A stretch of 32,000 nucleotides of DNA, from assembly GCF_000010625.1 (NCBI RefSeq), contig NC_010296.1, forward strand, positions 1,410,001 through 1,442,000, written 5' to 3'. Every line of letters begins with the position of its first letter. The first letter of the stretch is position 1. Positions 16,569 to 25,424 of the stretch are shown piece after piece. The notes below the pieces were generated by a model that searched no databases, had not been told where the DNA came from, and was given only the letters and a program-made list of their open reading frames with translations. This stretch comes from Microcystis aeruginosa NIES-843. Lineage in GTDB: Bacteria; Cyanobacteriota; Cyanobacteriia; Cyanobacteriales; Microcystaceae. The position numbers and the translations under genes are program-made.

Positions 16569-17353
16569 GTGCGATTCGTTGGCTAGAAACTAGACAGTAA
16601 GACGTTTAGAGGATTAGCCGCTTGGTAAATGTAGTACCTTGATAACTTTATAACCCTACAGGTGCGGGTTAGTAATAACCTTAGTCCTGTCCTCTAGATG
16701 CCTAGAGTGACGGCATTTCCTGCTGCTTTAGACTTGGTACATCTGAGGTAGTGAGCGAGGAAAAAAAAGCGGTATCTGATAGCCTAAATCAGAAACCCGT
16801 TGAGCCAGAACCTATGGATAGCCCTGGGGCGAAGATACGAATTAACCATCGTCAACACCCACGAGCCAAAAGGCTGACAGGCTCGAAACAAAAGTTAACA
16901 GAGTTGGGGCTGATAGCTCATACCACTATCAGTAAGGCATTCCCGTTACTCTGTTGTGGACAGTATCATCCTAAGGGTTCAACCAATGGTTATAGGGAAC
17001 GAAGTAACCCTGATTGACTCTGCCCGTTCGGGGCAGTAGGAAACCATCCGCAAGTCAATAGAGGGAGAGGATGTCCTTAAAAGCCAAGGCTTTGAGTAAT
17101 ATCAAAGATATGCTGACAAAGGACGGGTAACTAGGAAGTCTAAGCAACAATCAACGGTCATATACGCCCTAAAACCAACAATCTTGTCTGGTGGGGATAC
17201 AGCCAAGAGGGTTGAATAGACAAGGAAATAATAATTCCCATTATTATTCTACTAATGACAGTAGCCTAGTTACTCAGGAGCCGGATACGGCGAAAGTCGT
17301 AAGTCCGGTTTTGAAGCAGGGGGTGGGAAGGCGACTTCCTGCTCTACTGTAAC
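16569..17353 (+). ncRNA. ORF-less group II intron, copy B (785 nt), directly abutting copy A
   Basis: Same sequence shifted by exactly 785 nt; I found no differences by eye. Domain V is at 17278-17311. The junction reads ...CUGUAAC|GUGCGAU.... Confidence 0.85.
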
Positions 17354-17376
17354 GGGAGATTAAATAAAAGCAATCT

Positions 17377-17415
17377 ACTGATCACTGATCACTGATCACT
17401 GATTACTGATTACTG
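17377..17415. repeat. Tandem heptamer array (ACTGATC / ACTGATT), ~5.5 units
   Basis: Read directly. The array runs up to the stop codon (17416-17418) of the convergent response-regulator gene. Confidence 0.9.
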
Positions 17416-18105
17416 TTAAGATTCCCGTAAAACGTAGCCCACACCACGCACGGTATGAATGAGGCGTTTTTGACCACCAGCCTCCATCTTCAGGCGTAAA
17501 TAGCGAATATACACCTCAATAACGTTTGATTCTCCTTGAAATTCGTCTCCCCAGACATTTTCGAGAATTTGATCCCTCGATAATACTTCTTTGGGGTGAA
17601 TCATGAGGTAGCGCAGCAGTTCAAATTCCTTCATCGTCAACTCAATATTTTTGTTTTTATAGGAGAGACGACGACTGGCTAAATCTAATACTAAGTCACC
17701 GAAACCCAATTGTTCGGGGGTAATTTCCAGAGGTTGCAGGTAAAAACGGATTAATTTGAGAAAAGATTGCGAATTATAGGGTTTGAGAAAATAATCGTCG
17801 GCTCCCGCTTCCAAACAGGCGAGACGTTCTTCTAGGGTTTCTTGAGATACTAACAAAATAATATAAACGCGACTTCCCTGGGAACGTAAACGACTACAAA
17901 AATTCACACCGGCCTCCGCTGCGAGGAAGCGATCGAGTATAATCATCGCTGGCTGCCAACTTTTCACTTCTGGGAAAGCGATATCAATGCTAGGCACGAT
18001 CAGGGGACGATAACCTGCTTCTTTCAAGTCCGCACTAGCTAGTTTAGCGATATTCTCCTCAATTCCCACCAAGAGAATTGAAGAACTCGGAACGGATGTA
18101 CTCAT
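17416..18105 (-). CDS. OmpR/PhoB-family response regulator with a non-canonical acidic pocket (possibly NblR-like)
   Basis: Receiver domain with the phospho-acceptor context MIILDRFL, the S/T position LLVSQET and FLKPY. The N-terminal DD pair is replaced by LLVGIEEN. The C-terminal winged helix (LTMKEFELLRYLM...RLIHTVRGVGYVLR) is clear. Confidence 0.8.
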   Translation of the reverse strand: MSTSVPSSSILLVGIEENIAKLASADLKEAGYRPLIVPSIDIAFPEVKSWQPAMIILDRFLAAEAGVNFCSRLRSQGSRVYIILLVSQETLEERLACLEAGADDYFLKPYNSQSFLKLIRFYLQPLEITPEQLGFGDLVLDLASRRLSYKNKNIELTMKEFELLRYLMIHPKEVLSRDQILENVWGDEFQGESNVIEVYIRYLRLKMEAGGQKRLIHTVRGVGYVLRES

Positions 18106-18146
18106 AAATCAGCAGCGGTAAAGAAATAGGAAAGATAGGGAGGGGA

Positions 18147-18656
18147 CTACCTAATTATAGTTAATTGATTCTTGCCTAACCGATTTAATAAAAAAGTTAA
18201 CGCTGTGGTGCGTTGGACAAAATTACCATTGATAGACCAACCAGTCACTCGATCGGGGGACGACCAGAGGCTAAGATGATCTACAGGTGGATCTGCATAA
18301 AAATTTTCTTGACCGCTACCCAATAAACAGGAACTCCAATGGGTAAAATAATCGTGACTAAGGCGATAAATGGGAAAATTACCGATTAATGGCACTCCCC
18401 ACCCGTCCAGAGCTATTAAAGCGGCAATTTTTGCCCCTTGAGCTTGCCAATAATGAGCTAAAGCGATCGCATTTACCACCCCCGCACTAAACCCAATCAA
18501 GGTTAGAGCTTCTCCCGGTGAAAAAGCTTCATTTAAGCAAGAAAAAGGCGAAATAATAATATAGGAAGGTAATTTGACCGATTTGCTCCCCAGATGTCCT
18601 AAAAAATCCTCGGTCAATCTAGAATCATGAAAACCCGTACAAATTACCAAAGACAT
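18147..18656 (-). CDS. Small alpha/beta-hydrolase-like protein
   Basis: 169-aa ORF with a nucleophile-elbow GxSxG motif (GFSAG). Lies 41 bp upstream of, and co-oriented with, the response-regulator gene. Family not otherwise recognised. Confidence 0.55.
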   Translation of the reverse strand: MSLVICTGFHDSRLTEDFLGHLGSKSVKLPSYIIISPFSCLNEAFSPGEALTLIGFSAGVVNAIALAHYWQAQGAKIAALIALDGWGVPLIGNFPIYRLSHDYFTHWSSCLLGSGQENFYADPPVDHLSLWSSPDRVTGWSINGNFVQRTTALTFLLNRLGKNQLTIIR

Positions 18657-18683
18657 AAAGTTAAGTAAAAATCTATGAGGGGT

Positions 18684-18735
18684 CAGTTATCAGTTATCAG
18701 TAATCAGTTATCAGTAATCAGTCATCAGTCATCAG
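18684..18735. repeat. Tandem heptamer array (CAGTTAT / CAGTAAT / CAGTCAT)
   Basis: Read directly, ~7.5 units. Confidence 0.9.
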
Positions 18736-18764
18736 TTTTTTCTCCCTGCTCCCCTACTCCGTCT

Positions 18765-18906
18765 CCCCACACCCTACATCCCACACCCCACACCCCACAC
18801 CCCACACCCCACACCCCACACCCCACACCCCACTTCCCCACTTCCCCACTTCCCCACTTCCCCACTTCCCCACTTCCCCACTTCCCCACTTCCCCACTTC
18901 CCACTC
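18765..18906. repeat. Two abutting arrays: (CCCCACA)n at 18765-18827, then (CCCCACTT)n at 18828-18906
   Basis: Read directly. These are reverse complements of the GGGGTGT and GAAGTGGG units seen elsewhere in the window. Confidence 0.95.
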
Positions 18907-19262
18907 TGCCATAACTACTCCTACATACTTTGTGCTTTTTGTCAAAAAAACTTTTTCTTTGCAATAAAACTACACAAAAAAAAGATCATCGTTGTGGGTG
19001 AAATTGACTGATTTACCTGTCTTAATTGGGATTACCTTGTAGGTGTGGCAAGGGTTTCAACCATTGCTGTCCAAAAAAGCCAAGAATAACCCATTATGAA
19101 ATTCAGTAAAATCGCTGTAACCATTGTAACATCGTTGTTAAATAAAAATCTTTCTCAATTAATTCTTAAGAATTTGTAAATATTGCGGAATGTTAATTTA
19201 AATATTCTCAAGCTTTTGGGGTCAATAAATAATTTTTGCTTATCTTTGTCGAACATTGAGTT

Positions 19263-19304
19263 AGGAGATAGGAGTCAGAAGTCAGGAGTCAGGAGTCAGG
19301 AGAT
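19263..19304. repeat. Tandem heptamer array (AGGAGTC / AGGAGAT), 6 units
   Basis: Read directly. Followed by AGATTATTTTTATTTATTCTTCC (19301-19323), the exact reverse complement of the 23-bp core at 7441-7463. Confidence 0.9.
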
Positions 19305-19323
19305 TATTTTTATTTATTCTTCC

Positions 19324-19402
19324 TACACCCCACACCCCACACCCTACACCCCACACCCCACACCCTACACCCCACACCCCACACCCCACACCCCACACCC
19401 AC
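19324..19402. repeat. Tandem heptamer array (CCCCACA / CCCTACA), ~11 units
   Basis: Read directly. The array ends 7 bp before the ATG at 19410. Confidence 0.95.
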
Positions 19403-19409
19403 TACCCCA

Positions 19410-20309
19410 ATGCCCAATCAAGGTTGGATTTATCGAGATAAAATTAGCAAAAATCAGGCAGGATTAAGCTTATTAGCCTACTATACGGGCAAATATTGCC
19501 ATTCTAGCCCAGAAGAATGGCTCGATCGCATTTTATCGGCAGCAATTCTAGTCAACGGTCGTCCCGCTTGCCCCGATACAGTCTTGGAAATCGGGCAGCA
19601 ATTGACCTATCAGCGCCCGCCGTGGACAGAACCGGAAGTGCCGCTCTTTTTTGAGGTACTCTACGAGGATGCCGAGGTGTTAGTGGTGGCGAAACCTTCG
19701 GGATTACCGGTGTTAGCGGGGGGTGGATTTCTCGAACATACTCTCATCCATCTGGTACATCAGCATTATGCCGAGGTCACTCCCTATCCAATTCATCGTC
19801 TTGGTCGCGGCACTTCGGGCATAGTCTTAATGGCGAAATCAAAGCCCGCTAGAGCTAAATTGAGTCAACAGATGCGGGAGGGGAAAATTACTAAAATATA
19901 TCGAGCTTTAGTTGGTCAGGGCGACATACCAGATAATTTTACTATTAATCAAGCGATCGGGAAAATCGCCCATCCCATTTTAGGCCATGTTTACGGTGCG
20001 CTCACAGATGGGTTATCGGCCCGCAGTGATGGTCGAGTCTTAAAAAAACATCCCGATAGTACCCTATTAGAAGTAAGAATTTTTACGGGCAGACCCCATC
20101 AAATTCGCATTCATCTGGCCTTTTTTGGCTATCCTTTAATCGGTGATCCCTTGTATGGTCTGGGGGGATTACCGCGACCGGATGCAGTACCGGGAGATTG
20201 TGGTTATTATCTCCATGCCAATCAAATCGTTTTTAATCATCCCAGTACAGGGGAAAGAATCTCTATTTGTTGTCAGGCCCCGCCGGAATTAGTGGATAGG
20301 GCTGGCTGA
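19410..20309 (+). CDS. RluA-family pseudouridine synthase homologue lacking the catalytic Asp
   Basis: The family motif II reads HRLGRGTSGIVLMAK where HRLDxxTSG is expected. Motif III (GRPHQIRIHLAFFGYPLIGDPLYG) is present, as is an S4-like N-terminus. Confidence 0.8.
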   Translation: MPNQGWIYRDKISKNQAGLSLLAYYTGKYCHSSPEEWLDRILSAAILVNGRPACPDTVLEIGQQLTYQRPPWTEPEVPLFFEVLYEDAEVLVVAKPSGLPVLAGGGFLEHTLIHLVHQHYAEVTPYPIHRLGRGTSGIVLMAKSKPARAKLSQQMREGKITKIYRALVGQGDIPDNFTINQAIGKIAHPILGHVYGALTDGLSARSDGRVLKKHPDSTLLEVRIFTGRPHQIRIHLAFFGYPLIGDPLYGLGGLPRPDAVPGDCGYYLHANQIVFNHPSTGERISICCQAPPELVDRAG

Positions 20310-20449
20310 ATAAATCTAAAAACCTTGTTGGGTAAGACTTTTAGACTTTTTGGAAACCAAAAAGTGCCAGATCCCGGAGTGATCGGGTGGAAAATTCAGG
20401 TACTTTTTCCCTGAAAATTAGGTAATTGACCCCCTCAAAATCGCTAAAA
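20305..20449 (+). repeat. Dispersed ~145-bp repeat, copy X (partner at 28320-28463 on the minus strand)
   Basis: By-eye alignment with the reverse complement of 28320-28463 gives roughly 80% identity. Both begin GCTGAATAAATCTAAAAACCTTGTTGG. Both contain TTTTTCCCTGAAAATTAGGTAATTGA. Both end in a CCCCACA array. Confidence 0.8.
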
Positions 20450-20530
20450 CCCTACACCCTACACCCCACACCCCACACCCCACACCCCACACCCCACACC
20501 CCACACCCCACACCCTACACCCTACACCCT
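20450..20530. repeat. Tandem heptamer array (CCCCACA / CCCTACA), ~11.5 units
   Basis: Read directly. Confidence 0.95.
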
Positions 20531-20761
20531 GCCCCCAGGAAAAACTTTTTGCCGCAGACCCTATTGAAAACCCCCCAAGCCCGATCGCCAGCGATCACTA
20601 AAAGACCACTTCGGTAATCACACCCTCAATCGCCCCGAACCGAGAGCGAGAAACTAAGACAATTCGATACAATATTGTCAACAAGCATTAAGCGATTTAA
20701 ACTATCGATCGAAGGTAAAAGTCCCGAAGTTATCGAAATCTAGGGGGAGACAAAAACAAGC

Positions 20762-22924
20762 ATGGGTAGAGTAGTAGGCATTGATCTAGGGACAACTAAC
20801 TCCGTCGTCGCCGTGATGGAAGGCGGAAAGCCAGTGGTCATCGCCAACTCGGAGGGCATGAGAACCACCCCTTCTGTGGTCGGTTTTAATAAAGATGGGG
20901 AGTTAGTGGTCGGTCAAATGGCCCGGCGACAAGGGGTACTCAATCCCCAAAACACCTACTATGGAGTCAAACGCTACATAGGTCGTCGCTACTCGGAATT
21001 AAACCCCGAATCGAAGCGCGTCCCCTACACCATCCGCCGGGACGAGATGGGCAATATCAAAATTAAATGCCCCCGTCTGCAAAAAGAATTCGCCCCCGAA
21101 GAAATTTCCGCCCTAATTTTACGCCGATTAGCCGAAGAAGCCAGCCGTTATCTGGGGGAAGAAGTTACCGGGGCCGTAATCACCGTCCCCGCCTATTTTA
21201 ACGACTCCCAACGTCAAGCCACCCGGGATGCGGGCCGAATTGCGGGGTTAGAAGTGATGCGGATTCTCAACGAACCCACCGCCGCCGCCCTGGCCTACGG
21301 TCTCGATGAACAAGAAAGCAAGAAAATCCTCGTTTTTGACCTGGGAGGCGGTACTTTTGATGTTTCTATCCTGGAAGTGGGTGACGGCGTTTTTGAGGTG
21401 AAAGCCACCAGTGGCGACACCCAATTAGGCGGAAATGATTTCGATAAAAGAATCGTCGATTGGTTAGCCAATCAATTTTTGGAACAGGAAGGCGTGGAGC
21501 TGCGCCAAGACCGGCAAGCCCTACAAAGACTCACAGAAGCGGCAGAAAAAGCCAAAATAGAACTGTCTGGTGTCAGCGTCACCGATATTAATCTGCCCTT
21601 TATCATCGCCACGGAAGACGGACCCAAACACATCGAAACTCGCCTGAGTCGGGCCCAATTTGAGGAATTATGCGGCGATTTAATCAGTCGTCTCCGTCGT
21701 CCTCTCAAACGCGCCCTTTCTGATGCCGGTTTGTCCCCCGTCCAACTAGACGAAGTGGTACTGGTGGGCGGCGGCACGCGGATGCCGGTGGTTAAGGATT
21801 TGGTGCGGAGTTTTATCGATAGGGAACCCAATCAAAATGTTAACCCTGATGAGGTTGTAGCGGTCGGGGCGGCTATTCAAGCGGGAATTTTGGGCGGCGA
21901 GGTCAAAGACGTGCTGCTCCTCGATGTTACCCCTTTATCCTTGGGTTTAGAAACCATCGGCGGTGTGATGAAAAAGTTAATCCCCCGCAATACCACTATT
22001 CCCGTCCGCAGAGCTGACCTTTTTTCCACTTCCGAAAATAATCAAACTGTGGTGGAAATCCACGTTTTGCAGGGGGAAAGGGAAATGGCCAGCGATAATA
22101 AATCCCTGGGACGTTTTAAATTAACCGGTATCCCCCCCGCGCCCCGGGGTATTCCGCAAGTGCAGGTGTCCCTCGATATCGATGCTAACGGTATTCTACA
22201 AGTCACCGCTAGGGATAAAATGACCGGACGGGAGCAAAGTGTCACCATTCAAGGCGCTTCTACCCTCAGCGAAGGGGAAATTAACCGCATGATCGGCGAT
22301 GCTGCCCGATTTGCCGAAGCAGATCGTACCCGTCGCGAAAAGGTCGATAAACGCAATCGCGCCCGCTCTCTGGTGGATCAAGCCCAACGACGCTTAAAAG
22401 ATGTTACTCTCGATTTTGGTAATGAGTTTACCCGTTCCTATCGTCGTCAAATTGAGTCTTTGAGTACGGAAATTATCGACGCTTTGGAGAAAAATGATGA
22501 CCGTCGCCTTGATCGCGCCCAGGCGGATCTACAGGATGTTATCTATGAATTAAATCGCGAGGTACGGCTACAATACGACGAGGAAGATGAGGGCTTTTTT
22601 AGCGCTATTCGCAAGACTTTTACCGGGGATAAGGAAGATGATCTTCCCTCCGAACCGCGCCGCGATCGTTATCGCCAGGATTATCGTCCCAGTACACCGG
22701 GTTATCAAAGTGATTATCGACCCAATTATTCGGCTAATCAAGATAGTTATCGCCCCCGCAATCAGGACAATTACTACAATGGCCGCGATAGCGATTGGCA
22801 AAGTTCCCCCCGTTCGGAGGAAAAAAGTTATAACAATAGTAAAAGTAACCGCAGCGGCGGCAATCGTTCCCGCAATATTCCCCCCCAAAATAACTGGGAT
22901 GATGACGATGATGATTGGTTTTAA
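20762..22924 (+). CDS. dnaK: Hsp70 chaperone DnaK, paralogue with a long C-terminal low-complexity tail (DnaK3-type)
   Basis: [19 protein letters not shown] and the [10 protein letters not shown] ATPase motifs. About 110 aa beyond the canonical lid are rich in D/Y/R/N/S and end in [11 protein letters not shown]-protein gene follows, matching the dnaK3-dnaJ3 arrangement known in cyanobacteria. Confidence 0.9.
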   Translation: MGRVVGIDLGTTNSVVAVMEGGKPVVIANSEGMRTTPSVVGFNKDGELVVGQMARRQGVLNPQNTYYGVKRYIGRRYSELNPESKRVPYTIRRDEMGNIKIKCPRLQKEFAPEEISALILRRLAEEASRYLGEEVTGAVITVPAYFNDSQRQATRDAGRIAGLEVMRILNEPTAAALAYGLDEQESKKILVFDLGGGTFDVSILEVGDGVFEVKATSGDTQLGGNDFDKRIVDWLANQFLEQEGVELRQDRQALQRLTEAAEKAKIELSGVSVTDINLPFIIATEDGPKHIETRLSRAQFEELCGDLISRLRRPLKRALSDAGLSPVQLDEVVLVGGGTRMPVVKDLVRSFIDREPNQNVNPDEVVAVGAAIQAGILGGEVKDVLLLDVTPLSLGLETIGGVMKKLIPRNTTIPVRRADLFSTSENNQTVVEIHVLQGEREMASDNKSLGRFKLTGIPPAPRGIPQVQVSLDIDANGILQVTARDKMTGREQSVTIQGASTLSEGEINRMIGDAARFAEADRTRREKVDKRNRARSLVDQAQRRLKDVTLDFGNEFTRSYRRQIESLSTEIIDALEKNDDRRLDRAQADLQDVIYELNREVRLQYDEEDEGFFSAIRKTFTGDKEDDLPSEPRRDRYRQDYRPSTPGYQSDYRPNYSANQDSYRPRNQDNYYNGRDSDWQSSPRSEEKSYNNSKSNRSGGNRSRNIPPQNNWDDDDDDWF

Positions 22925-22989
22925 TCAGTGATCAGTAAACAGTGATCAGTAAACAGTAAACAGTAATCAGTAAACAGTAATCAGTAAAA
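22924..22989. repeat. Tandem heptamer array (ATCAGTA / AACAGTA / ATCAGTG)
   Basis: Read directly. The array starts at the dnaK stop codon. Confidence 0.9.
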
Positions 22990-23054
22990 AGACAGTGGGA
23001 AACTACTATTTAATACTGCTCGCTTAATACATACTGCTCACTTAGAACTCAAAT

Positions 23055-23114
23055 CTGATCACTGATAACCGATAACTGATAACTGATAACTGATAACTGA
23101 TAACTGATAACTGA
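23055..23114. repeat. Tandem heptamer array (CTGATAA), ~8.5 units
   Basis: Read directly. The array ends 5 bp before the J-protein ATG. The unit is close to the reverse complement of the 22924-22989 unit. Confidence 0.95.
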
Positions 23115-23118
23115 ATAT

Positions 23119-23994
23119 ATGCCACAATTAGTTAATTATTATGATGTTTTAGGAGTATCTCGCACGGCTACTGGTGACGAGATCAAAAAGGCTTTTCGAC
23201 GACTGGCGCGTCAATATCATCCTGATGTTAATCCGGGGGATAAATCGGCCGAAGAAAAGTTTAAAGATATTAATGAAGCTTATGATGTTCTCTCCGATGA
23301 AGAAAAACGGGTTGAGTATAATCGTTCCTTGACAGGAAATAAACGCCGCGGGATACGTCCGGGGGAAAAAGCCAATAGTAACGGGAATGGAAAAATACCC
23401 CGTACAGAACAGGATTTATGGAAGTTTAGAGATTTTAATAACCCTAATACTAAGCGCGCTAAAATTGCCTCCTCTCCCCGTTTAACTCGTCGAGATGTGG
23501 AAGCAAAATTAACTTTACCTTTAGAGAAAGCCTATCAAGGTGGCAGACAAAGAATTCGTCTGGAAGATGGTAGATCAATAGAGGTTGATATGCCAGCAGC
23601 TATGATCGATGGGCAGAAAATTCGTCTCAAAGGTCAGGGTATTGAAGGGGGTGATTTATATTTAAAAATAACTATCGCTAGGCATCCTTTTTTTAGGATT
23701 CAAGGTTCTGATATTGTCTGTCAAGTACCGATTACTCCTAGCGAGGCAATTGTGGGCGGTTTTGTGGAAATTTCTACCATTGACGGGTTAGTTAAAATGA
23801 TGATTCCTAAGGGATTAAAAAGTGGTCAAAGATTACGTTTGGCTAACAAAGGTTATCCCACTTCCCAAGGAGAAAGGGGCGATCAATTAGTGGAAATTAT
23901 ATTAGTTAATCCTCCCAATCCTAGCCCTGAAGAATTAGAACTTTATCAAAAAATACGGGCGATCGAAACTTTTAATCCTCGTCAAGGTTTATAA
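23119..23994 (+). CDS. J-domain co-chaperone with a DnaJ C-terminal substrate-binding domain, no G/F region and no zinc finger (DnaJ3/CbpA-like)
   Basis: J domain [35 protein letters not shown] with the HPD tripeptide. C-terminal beta-sandwich domain motifs ([26 protein letters not shown]). No CxxCxGxG repeats. Confidence 0.85.
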   Translation: MPQLVNYYDVLGVSRTATGDEIKKAFRRLARQYHPDVNPGDKSAEEKFKDINEAYDVLSDEEKRVEYNRSLTGNKRRGIRPGEKANSNGNGKIPRTEQDLWKFRDFNNPNTKRAKIASSPRLTRRDVEAKLTLPLEKAYQGGRQRIRLEDGRSIEVDMPAAMIDGQKIRLKGQGIEGGDLYLKITIARHPFFRIQGSDIVCQVPITPSEAIVGGFVEISTIDGLVKMMIPKGLKSGQRLRLANKGYPTSQGERGDQLVEIILVNPPNPSPEELELYQKIRAIETFNPRQGL

Positions 23995-24003
23995 AGATTA
24001 TGC

Positions 24004-24075
24004 TAGGGGTGGGTTACGGCAAATTGGAAATTTTTTGTCAAAAACATAACTTGTTCTTGCCTAACCCACCCTACA
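24004..24075. other. Long imperfect inverted repeat / hairpin downstream of the J-protein gene
   Basis: TAGGGGTGGGTTACGGCAA (24004-24022) pairs with TTGCCTAACCCACCCTA (24057-24073). About 17 bp with two single-nt bulges and a ~34-nt loop. No trailing T run, so a terminator role is uncertain. Confidence 0.3.
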
Positions 24076-24100
24076 CCTAACCCTTAATTCCTGTCTTCTT

Positions 24101-25249
24101 ATGACAAATATAATTGACACAATTAAACCTTTTTATCCTCTAGCTTTCAAGGCTATTCGGGGCAATTTAGAGGGAACACAAAAACAATTATTAAATACTC
24201 TGCAAAAAATTGATCGCTCGCGGGGGGAATTTTGGGGACAATGGTTAATCTCCCAATTAGCAGAATCCCTCTGTTTTAGCGATTCTCGCCTATCTCAAAG
24301 CCTCTGGGGGTTAAATTTCCCCAATCCCGTCGGATTAGCGGCAGGATTCGATAAAGACGGTTTAGGGGCAGGACTTTGGCCTAGTTTCGGCTTTGGTTTT
24401 GCCGAGGTGGGTGCTGTCACCCTAGAAGGGCAACCGGGCAACCCAAAACCGAGATTATTTCGTTTACCGGAAGATTTGGCCGGATTAAACCGTATGGGGG
24501 CAAATAACCTCGGTGCGCCGGTTCTAGCGGCAACCCTCCAACAATCTTGGCAACGACAACCCCGACAGATTCCCATCGGCATTAACCTCTGTAAATCGAA
24601 AAATACGCCCCTAGAAAAGGCTCCGGAGGACTATTTAGGCAGTTTTCGCTATTTATTCCCCCATGCTGATTATTTTGTCGTTAATGTTAGTTCTCCCAAT
24701 ACTCCAGGTTTGCGTTCCCTGCAAAGTGGTGAACAACTCGATAAAATTCTCGACATTTTACAAACAGAAAATCAAGGCAGAAAACCCCTATTAGTGAAAA
24801 TTTCTCCCGATTTGGAATGGGAAGATATCAGAACAATTATTGATCTAGCTTTCTCCTATGAGTTAGCCGGAATTGTCGCTACTAATACCACCACTAAACG
24901 CACGGGATTAAAAACCACAATTCTGCCTGAAACTGGTAAACCAATCACTGAAGAAGCAGGGGGAATTAGTGGCAAACCTTTGGGGGAACGTGCCACGGAA
25001 GTGATCCGTTTTATCTATCGGCAAACCCAAGGCAATTTACCAATAATTGGAGTGGGAGGAATTTTTTCTCTCGATGATGCTTGGGAAAAAATTACCGCCG
25101 GTGCGAGTTTATTACAGATTTATACCGGTTGGTTATACCGAGGACCCTGGCTAGTATCAAATATTTTACAAGGATTAACAGAAAAATTAGAGGCTAATGG
25201 GTTGACTAATATTAATCAAGCGGTGGGTTGGCAAGCTAACCAAGAATGA
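24101..25249 (+). CDS. pyrD: Dihydroorotate dehydrogenase (quinone), class 2
   Basis: Class-2 signature with a catalytic Ser ([16 protein letters not shown]), [13 protein letters not shown], and GIVATNTT...GGISG...IIGVGGI. Confidence 0.9.
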   Translation: MTNIIDTIKPFYPLAFKAIRGNLEGTQKQLLNTLQKIDRSRGEFWGQWLISQLAESLCFSDSRLSQSLWGLNFPNPVGLAAGFDKDGLGAGLWPSFGFGFAEVGAVTLEGQPGNPKPRLFRLPEDLAGLNRMGANNLGAPVLAATLQQSWQRQPRQIPIGINLCKSKNTPLEKAPEDYLGSFRYLFPHADYFVVNVSSPNTPGLRSLQSGEQLDKILDILQTENQGRKPLLVKISPDLEWEDIRTIIDLAFSYELAGIVATNTTTKRTGLKTTILPETGKPITEEAGGISGKPLGERATEVIRFIYRQTQGNLPIIGVGGIFSLDDAWEKITAGASLLQIYTGWLYRGPWLVSNILQGLTEKLEANGLTNINQAVGWQANQE

Positions 25250-25424
25250 GCCAATTTTCTCCGGTAATTAGCAATAATTTCGCAAAAATTAGCTAAAATG
25301 TTATCTGTTACCTTTGGGGATAAGATAAGATAATTAAGATAACTACAATAGGACTGATCTAGAGACTACAGCTAGATAAAAATTGATCGCCAAGTATTGA
25401 ACTTTTTAACCAAACCACAATTCT

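Noticed and set aside
18684-18906. Possible CRISPR array, given the many tandem repeats in the window
   Set aside because: The repeat period is 7-8 bp with no unique spacers, no 25-40-bp repeat unit and no cas genes. These are STRR-type microsatellite arrays.
19096-19149. 17-codon ORF MKFSKIAVTIVTSLLNK in the 18907-19262 intergenic region, possibly a small membrane peptide
   Set aside because: No Shine-Dalgarno sequence and no resemblance to known small photosystem or cytochrome subunits. It is too short to support without comparative data.
20655-20700. Checked the dnaK upstream region for a CIRCE/HrcA operator (TTAGCACTC-N9-GAGTGCTAA)
   Set aside because: No CIRCE-like inverted repeat is present. 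There is only a short ACAATATTGT palindrome overlapping a TACAAT -10-like hexamer, which is not enough to call a regulatory site.
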